Shown here piece after piece: positions 10,146 to 19,225 of a stretch of DNA of 64,000 nucleotides; the stretch's first letter is position 1, and the number at the start of each line of letters is the position of its first letter. The notes under the pieces are model-generated. The model was not told the DNA's origin, ran no database searches, and worked only from the letters and a program-made list of their open reading frames with translations. A program made the translations under genes and the position numbers. The stretch is from a virus. Taxonomy: Duplodnaviria; Caudoviricetes. The stretch covers positions 26,666 through 90,665 of the IMG/VR virus record IMGVR_UViG_3300049192_000016; one strand, 5' to 3'.

Positions 10146-10553
10146 ATGTCTAATGCAAATGTGTTCGAAATTGCAACCCGAAAAGCCTTCCGCTTTCCTT
10201 CCACCAAAGGGGAGTTGACTACTGAACAACTGTGGAACCTTCCACTACTGGCAGCCAACAATTTCTGTTTGAACTATGTGGCAAGTTCTGTCAACAGTGA
10301 ATTGAAAGCTATGACAGAAGAATCCTTCGTGTCTGTGAAGCCAATGCCCGGTAAGGCGGATTTGGAGGCCAAGCTTGAGGTTGTGAAGCACATCATCTCC
10401 TATAAGCAGGAAGAGCAAGAGAAAGCCCGCAATGCTGCTGAGAAGGCTGCTAAACGTGAAAAGCTTGTACAGGCTCTTGCTCATCAAGAGGATAAGGCTC
10501 TGGAGCAAATGACACCTGATGAAATTCGGGCTAAATTGGCTGAATTGGAATAA
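10146..10553 (+). CDS. hypothetical protein with C-terminal coiled coil
   Basis: AAGGAG RBS; co-terminated with the 667-aa gene. Confidence 0.75.
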   Translation: MSNANVFEIATRKAFRFPSTKGELTTEQLWNLPLLAANNFCLNYVASSVNSELKAMTEESFVSVKPMPGKADLEAKLEVVKHIISYKQEEQEKARNAAEKAAKREKLVQALAHQEDKALEQMTPDEIRAKLAELE

Positions 10554-10561
10554 CATTCTAG

Positions 10562-10587
10562 AGGCTCCCGCAAGGGAGCTTTCTCTT
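10562..10587 (+). terminator. rho-independent terminator
   Basis: AGGCTCCC-GCAA-GGGAGCTT followed by a pyrimidine tract. Confidence 0.75.
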
Positions 10588-10715
10588 ATGTGGTAAACAG
10601 GCTCAGGAAGGCCATTTCTAGGCTTGTGGTGAGGTTTTCTGTTGAGGGATGTTAAAAGTTATGTCCGATGTTTTGGAAGGCTCTTAGGGGCTTAAAATTG
10701 ATTGGAGGATATTGG

Positions 10716-10907
10716 ATGAAAACACGTATATTAAAGAAATCTGAAAATACATACAAAGCGTATGATGACGAAGAATTCATAGGTTATGTTGTTCGGCAAG
10801 AAGACGGGAAATGGTTGTACAATCCTCTTCCTGATGAAACTTTGAAGTCTAGAGTGTTTGATAGTTATGATGAATTGTATGATTGGTTGAAGTGGAGTGA
10901 TTACTGA
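10716..10907 (+). CDS. hypothetical protein
   Basis: GGAGG RBS before ATG 10716. Confidence 0.55.
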   Translation: MKTRILKKSENTYKAYDDEEFIGYVVRQEDGKWLYNPLPDETLKSRVFDSYDELYDWLKWSDY

Positions 10908-11052
10908 TGAAACAATATGAATTGACTAACAGCTTGACAGGTGAGACAGTTGTTGTAAATATTCCAGATCAAGAAACTTTAGAATATTGTGTGGACATGA
11001 TGCAAAGAATGTTTCAGTGTGAGATTATTGTTACCGAATTGGTGGTGCAATA

Positions 11053-11481
11053 ATGTCAAAATCTGTACGAAACTACTATCAGAACAAAAAGAACAGTAGT
11101 AAGGCTCGTAAAATTCCTTTCGAACTCACTATCGACCAAATGAGGGAATTGTGGAAGGTGGATACGTGTGCTTACACAGGGCTTAAGCTAACACATGCAA
11201 CGGAAGCTAAACAGAAGCCTACAGATTTTACACTAGAGCGTGTAGATTGCTCTAAGGGTTATACAATGGAAAACACTATTGTTGTTTGTTATGCTGCTAA
11301 TGCCGTTAAAGCTGCTATTGAGGTCTACTTTAGGGAGAAGTCTGTTGATGTGATTCACAGTATGAGCAAGACGTTGAAGGAGCGGGAAGCTGTGGAGGAA
11401 GCGCAGCAGGATTTAAGTAGGATGCAGAGGGTTGTGAAGTGGATGGCGGGGAAGGTGGGGATGAGGGTTGTTTCTTTGTGA
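11053..11481 (+). CDS. T4 Srd-like / degenerate HNH-fold protein
   Basis: SSKARKIPFELT...CAYTG...TLERVDCSKGYTMENTIVV resembles the T4 Srd N-terminal domain as I recall it; lacks the second CxxC of canonical HNH. Confidence 0.55.
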   Translation: MSKSVRNYYQNKKNSSKARKIPFELTIDQMRELWKVDTCAYTGLKLTHATEAKQKPTDFTLERVDCSKGYTMENTIVVCYAANAVKAAIEVYFREKSVDVIHSMSKTLKEREAVEEAQQDLSRMQRVVKWMAGKVGMRVVSL

Positions 11482-11499
11482 GGCAACGTACAATAATTT

Positions 11500-11523
11500 A
11501 GCCCCAACAGGGGCTGCTGTTTT
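11500..11523. terminator. hairpin between convergent genes
   Basis: AGCCCC-AACA-GGGGCT between the 11481 and 11522 stops. Confidence 0.55.
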
Positions 11524-11899
11524 ATTGATTAAAACTAGTGGTAAGGTTGAACTTGTACTTATATGGTATTTTGATTTTAGATAAAACACCACTTTTCCCT
11601 GCTGTATTATAAACAGGGAGATAATGTAGTATAGCCTGTGACTCTACAAACAAAGCTTCAGAGTGGGAGCCATATACTCTAACTTCTACAATGTACACTT
11701 CTGTGATCCATGATTTTGTTTTGCAATGTCTCTTCCAACGCTGCATAAAATCATTCGTCTTACCTACATAAATAGGGTTATTATTAAAATCCCTCATTGT
11801 GTAAACAAAATAGTTATCACCGCAACCTACAGCGTATACGCATTGCTCAAATGTGATATCATCTCCTATAACGAATAGTGATGTGTCTAGTTCTGTCAT
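11522..11899 (-). CDS. GIY-YIG family nuclease
   Basis: YFVY-x9-IYVGKT...RWKRH...ALFVE motifs. Confidence 0.85.
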   Translation of the reverse strand: MTELDTSLFVIGDDITFEQCVYAVGCGDNYFVYTMRDFNNNPIYVGKTNDFMQRWKRHCKTKSWITEVYIVEVRVYGSHSEALFVESQAILHYLPVYNTAGKSGVLSKIKIPYKYKFNLTTSFNQ

Positions 11900-11962
11900 G
11901 TAAATCCCTTTTTAAAATATTCATAAATGTCCTCTTAGTAAGGGTAGTGTTCAACAAAATAA

Positions 11963-12496
11963 TTATTGCACAACAACAAGATTCCTCTCAATAATCTCCT
12001 TCTTCACCATCCTGTGTGCAATCTGTAGCGATACCATGTATTTCTGTGCTTGCCTCTCCCCAATAGACAGGTATTCCTTGATAAAATCCACATCAATACT
12101 TGCACAAACACACAACACATCGAACAAGTGGTATTTAGACAAATCTCTTGTGTTACCTCCTAAGTCCAAGCGAGACACACCAGTAAAAATATCATCAATC
12201 CAATAGTGGTCTTTAACACACTCAGAATACATGTCAAAATAAGGCTCAAGGAAGTTGAGCACCATGCTGTTCTTCACAACATTCTTCGGCCTACCTTTCT
12301 CTACAGGCTCTATGTCCGTGACAGACGCTAGCCGCTGTTCTTCCAATATTCGCAACATTGCATTGTCTGGACGACTTTTGGGGATTGCCTTCCTAAGTTT
12401 TAGTAGTTGTTCGATTGGCATCCTAGATTCCGGTGTATCCTTGGTTGCCTCCATGTACCTATCCACTATCTCTTGTTGTGCTTTAGTTAGTTTCAT
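11963..12496 (-). CDS. hypothetical protein with probable C-terminal HTH
   Basis: SIDVDFIKEYLSIGERQAQKYM is HTH-like; start set at ATG 12496. Confidence 0.55.
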   Translation of the reverse strand: MKLTKAQQEIVDRYMEATKDTPESRMPIEQLLKLRKAIPKSRPDNAMLRILEEQRLASVTDIEPVEKGRPKNVVKNSMVLNFLEPYFDMYSECVKDHYWIDDIFTGVSRLDLGGNTRDLSKYHLFDVLCVCASIDVDFIKEYLSIGERQAQKYMVSLQIAHRMVKKEIIERNLVVVQ

Positions 12497-12540
12497 AAAT
12501 CCTTGTTTGTTGTAAATTAGAGACACATTTGGAATTACCG

Positions 12541-12738
12541 TCACCTATAATAAGAGAGAATATCAATTTTCCTCTGCAACAACATTTTCTTGTACAACTT
12601 GTAAGCTTCCTCTAGCTTTGCACTCATAGTTATGTTATTCTTGTGATTCTTCCTCATACAAGATACAGTAGCACGAGTAACAGACAACCAATAAGTTGCA
12701 ATCTCTTCAACACTACTGTTTTCGTAGTTTAATCGCAT
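12541..12738 (-). CDS. small HTH-like DNA-binding protein (paralog A)
   Basis: RLNY...EEIA...VTRATVSCMRKNHK...SAKLEEA aligns with 16081-16281; AGGGG RBS. Confidence 0.65.
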   Translation of the reverse strand: MRLNYENSSVEEIATYWLSVTRATVSCMRKNHKNNITMSAKLEEAYKLYKKMLLQRKIDILSYYR

Positions 12739-12769
12739 ACAAACCCCTATAAATTTAACGTAACGTATG

Positions 12770-12850
12770 ATTATACTACGAAACATACAGTTTGTCAAGT
12801 TTTATTTATTCGTTTTGTTTGTTGATTGTTGTAGCTTCTTGTGCTATGCT
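12770..12850. promoter_or_regulatory. divergent sigma70 promoter pair
   Basis: Minus: TTGACA(12798-12793)-N17-TATAAT(12775-12770), perfect consensus. Plus: TTGATT(12822)-N17-TATGCT(12845) with an extended TG. Confidence 0.8.
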
Positions 12851-12889
12851 GTATTCATTCTGATGTAGTCATTCAATAGGAGAACCAAA

Positions 12890-13150
12890 ATGAAATACTC
12901 TCAATCCCTTGTATGGAAAGCATGTGACGACATTCTTCCTTCGATTGCGAAAGCCCGTAAAACTATCCATTTCAACCTACCAAAGATTCTTGAGATGGCC
13001 GCTGTAGAGTGCTTCCTTATGCAAGATGACGTTGATTTCAGATTGTCTAAAGATTTGACATGGGCTGCCTACATTGTGCGAGTAGCATTGAAAGAGCTTA
13101 ACACTCAAGGTAAGATGACTTTTGGTGATGTTGAAGAATATTGGATGTAA
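12890..13150 (+). CDS. hypothetical protein
   Basis: AGGAG RBS downstream of the promoter. Confidence 0.65.
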   Translation: MKYSQSLVWKACDDILPSIAKARKTIHFNLPKILEMAAVECFLMQDDVDFRLSKDLTWAAYIVRVALKELNTQGKMTFGDVEEYWM

Positions 13151-13161
13151 AGGAGAACAAC

Positions 13162-13362
13162 ATGATACGTACATGTAATGGTTGCAAAGCTTTAGAAATG
13201 GATAGATTCAACAGTAGATGCACTCTGAATCATAAAATAGTTGTTGTCAGAAGTATTATGGGATTTCCTGTTGAATTTAAACCTGAAAGTGGTGATTGCC
13301 CTAAACCTAAAACAAACAGTGTTTATTGTGATTTATTATTAAATATGAGTAAAGTAAAATGA
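13162..13362 (+). CDS. small Cys-rich hypothetical protein
   Basis: AAGGAG RBS; CNGC...C...C motif. Confidence 0.6.
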   Translation: MIRTCNGCKALEMDRFNSRCTLNHKIVVVRSIMGFPVEFKPESGDCPKPKTNSVYCDLLLNMSKVK

Positions 13363-13503
13363 TAACAATCCTCTGGCAAGAAAGCGACAAGCCAATAACA
13401 TTCAAGAAACGCTATGCTTTCTGGCGTAGTATTCGTTGTGACATGCTGACAAGCGTATTCTTAGCTTTGTTGGGGACATTGGGGAATAATTAAGGAGACT
13501 ATT

Positions 13504-13692
13504 ATGAAAGTAGAAATCAACCAGAATGACATGCAAAACCCTGTTGTTGTAAGTATGGATTTCAACGAAGCAATGATTCTTCGTGCAATTGTTTATGAAG
13601 CTTATGATGCTAAAGATGTTGCTCGTGCCGAACTTTTGAACAAATTGTTTGGCGGATTAAATGAAGTTGTAAATGACCCTTATTTTGATTAA
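13504..13692 (+). CDS. hypothetical protein
   Basis: AAGGAG RBS. Confidence 0.6.
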   Translation: MKVEINQNDMQNPVVVSMDFNEAMILRAIVYEAYDAKDVARAELLNKLFGGLNEVVNDPYFD

Positions 13693-13809
13693 TATGCATA
13701 AACTTAAATTTATCAAATTCAGACCATACCAGACACAGGAACAACGTCGCTGGATGATTGTTGGAAATAAACGTGTTTGGTTTTCTTTGAAAATGTTTAG
13801 AAAGGGACT

Positions 13810-14004
13810 GTGATGAACAAAACACGCGAAGCTGTATTCATAGACAAACAGAAATTGATTGAGGCTATTGAGAAGTCTACAATCGAAATTGAATATGTTG
13901 ATGATGTTTATGACAAAGACAATTGTGGTGATTTGAGGGTGCGTTCTACACGTATTAAAGTGATTGATGCCCAAGAGTTGTTATACACATTGAGGGGAGA
14001 GTAA
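13810..14004 (+). CDS. hypothetical protein
   Basis: ORF in array. Confidence 0.55.
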   Translation: MMNKTREAVFIDKQKLIEAIEKSTIEIEYVDDVYDKDNCGDLRVRSTRIKVIDAQELLYTLRGE

Positions 14005-14006
14005 TA

Positions 14007-14201
14007 ATGAAATGTATCGCATTTGTTGAAGGTCCATCATTGTGCAATAATGGATTTCCTCAGAGTAGTATTTGCAGAGGTGATGTTTGTACAATGTGTG
14101 GTAAGTATTCTGACAAAATACCTGCTTGTCAGAACGAGGATATTCATTCTGTATGGATTGATGAGAGTGGTAAACCTAAGTATTATAAGGATAAGTCATG
14201 A
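14007..14201 (+). CDS. small Cys-rich hypothetical protein
   Basis: ORF in array with GGAG RBS. Confidence 0.5.
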   Translation: MKCIAFVEGPSLCNNGFPQSSICRGDVCTMCGKYSDKIPACQNEDIHSVWIDESGKPKYYKDKS

Positions 14202-14298
14202 ACCTGATAGACATTCCCTATAATGTTGAATATAGGAAGAAACAAAACAAAGTGACTATTGTTGTTCGAGAAGCTTAACAACGTTAAGGAGAAATAAT

Positions 14299-14550
14299 AT
14301 GAAATTTGAAGAATTGTTGCGTAATTACATTGAAGCTCGTGCAACATTCCATGCTTGTGGTGCTTTCGCCACAACGGAGGATTGTAATAAGTATGTTGCC
14401 GCTAAGGAGGCTCTGGTGGAACGTAATAAAAAGCTTGTGAAAGCATTAATGCAAATTTCACAATACATGGAAACGGAAGCGGCTGATATTGCAATGGATG
14501 TTTTGAAAGAAGTTGTAGAAGATAATGGGGAGCTTGAAAATGTCTTGTAA
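14299..14550 (+). CDS. hypothetical protein
   Basis: AAGGAG RBS. Confidence 0.6.
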   Translation: MKFEELLRNYIEARATFHACGAFATTEDCNKYVAAKEALVERNKKLVKALMQISQYMETEAADIAMDVLKEVVEDNGELENVL

Positions 14551-15040
14551 ATGGATGGGTGTTGGTGAGTATAGGCGTGCAGAGGATGATTTCAGTGAAT
14601 CCCCTCCTTATCCTTGGCCCCGTCCTCCTAAATATACTCCGCCCACAACTAAAGTGGATTGTTATGACTACATGAAATGGTTCTACACTAAAGTGGAACA
14701 AGAAGGCAGTCATAATCGTATGTGGTGGAGGAATCAACGTGATGGGCAAGAACTGTTGTTTAAAGTAGGTGAGAAAGTGAAGGTGACACATTCTCCAACT
14801 AACGACAGAGCAAATACACTTAGTGGGATGGGAGGGGATCACATATCAGCTTACGCTTGGAGAGGTGAATGGTGCAGTTGGATGAGTAAACACGTCGGAA
14901 GTGTTTTTACCATTAAATCTATCCATGTTTTGTATGGGATTTGTTTTGAGGAGATTGATGGGTGTTGGCCAGCTTGTGTGTTAGAGCCAGTTAATAAAAA
15001 ACAACAACCCCATCACTTAAGGAACTCAGATTATGTATAA
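14540..15040 (+). CDS. hypothetical protein (Trp/Pro-rich)
   Basis: GGGAG RBS before ATG 14540. Confidence 0.6.
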   Translation: MSCKWMGVGEYRRAEDDFSESPPYPWPRPPKYTPPTTKVDCYDYMKWFYTKVEQEGSHNRMWWRNQRDGQELLFKVGEKVKVTHSPTNDRANTLSGMGGDHISAYAWRGEWCSWMSKHVGSVFTIKSIHVLYGICFEEIDGCWPACVLEPVNKKQQPHHLRNSDYV

Positions 15041-15281
15041 GCTGTACATTAAACAAGGTGAAGAAAAGCAGCCAGCCATTCAAGGAGGGCTTCATGTGTT
15101 GACGACAGACGTTAGTTCGCAGCAGGCTATTGCTTGGCTGGCTGAGGCTAAGAGGCAGAGTGATTTGGAATTGATTTGGGAGAAACTAAAGAAGATTACG
15201 GTTATCCAGAATGAAATATTCCAGCCAACTCCAACAAGCTGTAAACATTGCCGAAGAGAAAGCTATTCAACGCTTTCTTGA
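15033..15281 (+). CDS. hypothetical protein (duplicated gene, copy 1)
   Basis: MYKLYIKQGEEKQPAIQGGLHVLTT; near-identical N-terminus to 15864-16022. Confidence 0.65.
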   Translation: MYKLYIKQGEEKQPAIQGGLHVLTTDVSSQQAIAWLAEAKRQSDLELIWEKLKKITVIQNEIFQPTPTSCKHCRRESYSTLS

Positions 15282-15292
15282 CATCAATGGCA

Positions 15293-15321
15293 TTGACAGA
15301 AATGGCAATATCCCTTACACT
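15293..15321 (+). promoter_or_regulatory. sigma70-type promoter
   Basis: TTGACA-N17-TACACT. Confidence 0.7.
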
Positions 15322-15592
15322 ATTGAGCATATTAAGCGTGGTCCATATGTATCAATCATTGTAAAGGAACTTTGTGAAGACACTAGCTGAGTTTATCAAA
15401 TCGTACGAACTTATCGCAGTCACTGTTCCAGACAAGACAGTGAGGTATATTGTGATTGTAGAGTTGATTAAGACGGATTATTTACATATTCTTGATGATG
15501 TTTTGAAGTGGTTGTTACAACATATTGATGAGTAGTGTCTCTTACGAGCCACTCTTTTACTCATTACACTCATAAAAGTGATGGAGGTTGAA

Positions 15593-15871
15593 ATGAATGT
15601 TAAGCCGGGTGATTTGGCTATTATTGTGAATGATTATTACGGGGATGCAGCAGGTAAGATTTGTAAAGTTTTAGAGCTTAATAAACTACTTGCTTTGATG
15701 GGTGATCCTATTTGGAAGATTGAACTACAAACTCCCTCTATGACCAATGAAGCTGGGTTGCAAACTATTGTAGCTTGTCCTGATAGTTGGCTACGTCCTG
15801 TCAGTGGCATTCCTGAAGTAGATTTCGATTACACTGACGTTCCATCGAACAAGGAGCTAGAAAATGTATAA
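15593..15871 (+). CDS. hypothetical phage protein
   Basis: GGAGG RBS; MNVKPGDLAII...CPDSWLRP. Confidence 0.65.
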   Translation: MNVKPGDLAIIVNDYYGDAAGKICKVLELNKLLALMGDPIWKIELQTPSMTNEAGLQTIVACPDSWLRPVSGIPEVDFDYTDVPSNKELENV

Positions 15872-16022
15872 GTTGTACATTAAAGACGGAGAAGAATGGA
15901 AGCCTGCTATTCAAGGTGGGCTACATGTTTTGACGACGAATATTAGCTCTCAGGAAGCTATTGCTTGGTTGGCTGAGGCTAGGAAGCATAATGGCTTTGA
16001 GATGGAATGGAAGAGGATTTAG
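15864..16022 (+). CDS. 52-aa hypothetical protein (duplicated gene, copy 2; absent from the ORF track)
   Basis: MYKLYIKDGEEWKPAIQGGLHVLTTNISSQEAIAWLAEARKHNGFEMEWKRI*; AAGGAG RBS. Confidence 0.65.
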   Translation: MYKLYIKDGEEWKPAIQGGLHVLTTNISSQEAIAWLAEARKHNGFEMEWKRI

Positions 16023-16080
16023 TTCAAATATAAGAATACAAAATGGAAATGACAATTGGACCGCTAGACGGTCCTTTTTG

Positions 16081-16281
16081 TTATGCAGCTTCTTTTTCAG
16101 CAATCTTCCGCTTCAACCTGTTCAGATACATCAATTCAAGGGCTTTATCAAGCTTTTGAGACAGTTCTACCTCTCCCTTGTGGTTCTTCCTCACACTGCT
16201 GATAGCTGCCCTTGAAACGGTGTCGAAGTGTTCTGCGATTTGTTCAATGGTAGCTGTGTAGTAGTTCAAACGTTTCTTCAT
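16081..16281 (-). CDS. small HTH-like DNA-binding protein (paralog B)
   Basis: RLNY...EQIA...VSRAAISSVRKNHK...SQKLDKA; AGGAG RBS. Confidence 0.65.
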   Translation of the reverse strand: MKKRLNYYTATIEQIAEHFDTVSRAAISSVRKNHKGEVELSQKLDKALELMYLNRLKRKIAEKEAA

Positions 16282-16308
16282 TGGTTTCTCCTAAATATAG
16301 ATATGCAG

Positions 16309-16374
16309 ATGGTATCACATACAAGATGCTTTGTCAACTACTAATTTGACAACATTGTTAAGACATGATATACT
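16309..16374. promoter_or_regulatory. divergent sigma70 promoter pair
   Basis: Minus: TTGACA(16337-16332)-N17-TACCAT. Plus: TTGACA(16346)-N17-TATACT(16369). Confidence 0.8.
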
Positions 16375-16403
16375 CTTGACATTGATTAATGAATGGAGTA
16401 GAT

Positions 16404-17321
16404 ATGAAATTTGGAAAGAAGTACACCATAGGGTCTTGTCATAAGAATTCACAAGGAGATGAGTTTGTAATTAAAGATTTGTCTAATGGAAGGGTATACA
16501 TAGAATTTTTGAAAGATGGTTCAACTAAGGACTACTCTCAAAATGGTTTTAACCGTAACAATGTTAGTAGCTTTAAGAAGGTAGAGGTAGGAAATTACTA
16601 TAAACTAAATTGTGGGATTGAGGTAGTAGTGTCAGAGGTTAAGGAAAAAACTTGTGTAGTAACAGATGGAAAAACATCTAAAGAAGTTTATAAGACTAAT
16701 TTAGTTTCTGGAGAAATTTCTTGGGCAGTTGATGGAGTAAAAATCTCTTTTAAAAAGAAGATGCGAGAAGGTTTGACATTTGATACTAATAAGTCTGGAA
16801 GATTAAAAGTAATTGAATATATTAATTCGTTAAAAGTGTTAGTGGAATTTGAGAATACAGGCCATAGACAATTTTGCATTATGCAAAATATCGTAGAAGG
16901 TTGTGTTGCGGATAGAAGTTTGTTAAATGAGAAGCCTAAAGGTAATTATATTTACAGTGCATTTATAGAGGATGAACTAGTATATATTGGAAGAGGTCAG
17001 AGGAGTAGGTACAAACACTGTGCGTCAGGGGCATCTACTTCTTTTTATCTGAACAAAATGTTTTTTGAAGGTAAGGATATAAAAACTTGTATTGTGATAG
17101 ACAAACTTTCTTCTGAAGACTCCGAGATGTTAGAGACTTTTCTAATAAAAAGTTTCAAACCAAAAGGAAATACACTAATCAATTCCAAAAATGAAAAAGT
17201 TAATTCAAATTTCCAAGAATTTCTGGAATCCATGCGGAATTTTGAGGACTCTCTTAAGGAACCCTCTACCTATCTGGATATTGTCAAACAGCAATTTTCT
17301 GAAAAGTTGTGTTTAGTATAG
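16404..17321 (+). CDS. freestanding homing endonuclease, C-terminal GIY-YIG domain with N-terminal repeats
   Basis: NYIY-x8-VYIGRG...RYKH...EMLE; repeat GLTFDTNKSGRLKVIEY...VEFENTG; GGAG RBS before ATG 16404. Confidence 0.75.
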   Translation: MKFGKKYTIGSCHKNSQGDEFVIKDLSNGRVYIEFLKDGSTKDYSQNGFNRNNVSSFKKVEVGNYYKLNCGIEVVVSEVKEKTCVVTDGKTSKEVYKTNLVSGEISWAVDGVKISFKKKMREGLTFDTNKSGRLKVIEYINSLKVLVEFENTGHRQFCIMQNIVEGCVADRSLLNEKPKGNYIYSAFIEDELVYIGRGQRSRYKHCASGASTSFYLNKMFFEGKDIKTCIVIDKLSSEDSEMLETFLIKSFKPKGNTLINSKNEKVNSNFQEFLESMRNFEDSLKEPSTYLDIVKQQFSEKLCLV

Positions 17322-17540
17322 GCGTGTGTGGATTAGAGCCGCCGTCCGCCACGCGAGCTATGAATCCATTATAGGCTAATTTCCTCGGACAAGCAATAAC
17401 AAGCTTGAAAAATAACTTCTTTGTTGCGTCTTATCTACAGCATGTTGTTTCTGTCGTGGCGGACATACGCACAGTACATTGCACCTCATATAGAGCAAAG
17501 CGGTTGTAGGACTCTTACATGACTTTTTGATGGAAAACTG

Positions 17541-17569
17541 TTGACAGGCGATAGGGCAGGGACTAAGAT
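17541..17569 (+). promoter_or_regulatory. sigma70-type promoter
   Basis: TTGACA-N17-TAAGAT heading the 17.6-19.9 kb operon. Confidence 0.8.
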
Positions 17570-17611
17570 GACTACATCAGCAGCACAAACACGAACACTA
17601 AGGAGAAGCAA

Positions 17612-17902
17612 ATGAACACTATCAACCTTTTGATTGACTCTTGCCGTGGTATTTACATTCCACAGCATTTCGCAACATCCTTTGATCTGTCGCAGTGGAA
17701 GGGTATTGACAAGGAAGCTGTAGAGATTCTTTCGGACGTTGACAACGAATTCTATTGGGAAGCGTGGGACAGTGTTTTGAGTAATGCCACGTTTGAGAAA
17801 GACGGGAATGTATGGCGTTTGTATCAGGACGGTGACTTGTGGGCAATCTGCTATGAACTGATGACAGATGAAGAAAAACACAATTTTGGAATGGAAGACT
17901 AA
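17612..17902 (+). CDS. acidic hypothetical protein
   Basis: AAGGAG RBS; D/E-rich, Trp-rich. Confidence 0.7.
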   Translation: MNTINLLIDSCRGIYIPQHFATSFDLSQWKGIDKEAVEILSDVDNEFYWEAWDSVLSNATFEKDGNVWRLYQDGDLWAICYELMTDEEKHNFGMED

Positions 17903-18094
17903 ATGAAACACTTTTCTTGCAAAGAAAATCGTTGGCACGCATGGGAATCAACTAAAGGCATTCTCTTGTCGGACGAAAGCGTTAAGAAACTCCGCCAGTT
18001 CGGAACGATTGACGATGTTGTTAATTGGCTGTACGTCAATGGGCAAAAGGATGTTGCGCGGGAATTGAATAAAAATTGGGGAAAACAGAAATGA
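17903..18094 (+). CDS. hypothetical protein
   Basis: Abuts the upstream stop. Confidence 0.6.
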   Translation: MKHFSCKENRWHAWESTKGILLSDESVKKLRQFGTIDDVVNWLYVNGQKDVARELNKNWGKQK

Positions 18095-18333
18095 AGACCT
18101 ATTACGTGTGGGCAGACGATCATTGCGACAATTGCACAGAAGACTATAATCAAGCTGTCCAATGGGGAATTGAATTTGTAAACGAGGGGAAAGAAAACGT
18201 TTATATCACTGATGAAAATAACGATTTAATTTTTGTGGTGAGCGAATGAAACATTCCCTTTTCTTCGGAATCATTTCCATGTTCGCATTAGGCGCTACAG
18301 CGTTTATTGCTTTGACGATTACACATATGTGAG

Positions 18334-18579
18334 GTGATTATGAATAAAGTAATTATTGATGTAGAGTCCAAAGGACGGAAAGTATTCATCCGTGCATTGT
18401 CTCGTTTGAAAGGTACGGAATTTATTAAGGATTGCGGGGAATATTATTTCGGTGGCTCTACCGGATACAACAAACTGGAATACATAGGTAAAATGAATGC
18501 TGCTGAGCTTGATGCATGGGCATACAAAGTAAAGTGCGCTAGTTGTTTCGTTGGTGCTGTGGACGATAAAGAGGTTTAA
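18334..18579 (+). CDS. hypothetical protein
   Basis: GAGG RBS. Confidence 0.6.
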   Translation: MIMNKVIIDVESKGRKVFIRALSRLKGTEFIKDCGEYYFGGSTGYNKLEYIGKMNAAELDAWAYKVKCASCFVGAVDDKEV

Positions 18580-18680
18580 AATGACACGCGAAGAACACGA
18601 ACGGGCTAGGCGTGAATTGGGCTGGCCGTTTAAGAAGTAATACGTTGCACGCAATCAATTAATCTTTAGGAGTATTTAAA

Positions 18681-19223
18681 ATGTCTTACGAATCGAAATG
18701 CAAAGAAATCCTCGACCTGTTCCGTGCTAGTGGTAAGGTAGTAAATGAAGATGAGCAAGACGAATATCGCTTCATCCCACACGAAGATAGTAATATGGGG
18801 CGTGCTGTACAGATTTTGCAAACTATCTGCGACAGTCAGAGTCATACGATTCCTACTGCTGACATGTCGGAATATGAAGATAAGGATGATATGGAAGGAG
18901 CTTTCTACGACATCTTCGAAGCGCTGGAAACTATCGAGAGTAATATCGGCGATGAATTTATGCTTGAGTTTGACGGCAATGAATATCGTCTGATTCCTGA
19001 AGATATTATCTGGGAAGTGTACAAGGATGAAATTCAACAGCTTGTGGAAGATTGCTATTCCGATGTTATCAAGCTGGACAAGATTCCTAATTTCATTGCT
19101 GTAACGATTGATTGGGAACAGACGGCGAAGAATGCTTATGCGGATGGTTATGGGCATACGTTTAGCGGATATGATGGCAGCGAGGAAGAATCGGCAGGTT
19201 ATTATATTTTCAGGACTAAGTAA
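18681..19223 (+). CDS. highly acidic, possibly ArdA-like anti-restriction (DNA mimic) protein
   Basis: 43 D/E versus 14 K/R in 180 aa (hand count); C-terminal IPNFIAVTIDWEQTAKN...GYYIF resembles the ArdA C-terminus. Confidence 0.5.
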   Translation: MSYESKCKEILDLFRASGKVVNEDEQDEYRFIPHEDSNMGRAVQILQTICDSQSHTIPTADMSEYEDKDDMEGAFYDIFEALETIESNIGDEFMLEFDGNEYRLIPEDIIWEVYKDEIQQLVEDCYSDVIKLDKIPNFIAVTIDWEQTAKNAYADGYGHTFSGYDGSEEESAGYYIFRTK

Positions 19224-19225
19224 TC

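Noticed and set aside
17335-17360. GAGCCG start resembling group II intron domain V
   Set aside because: No domain V hairpin, domain VI or reverse transcriptase ORF follows.
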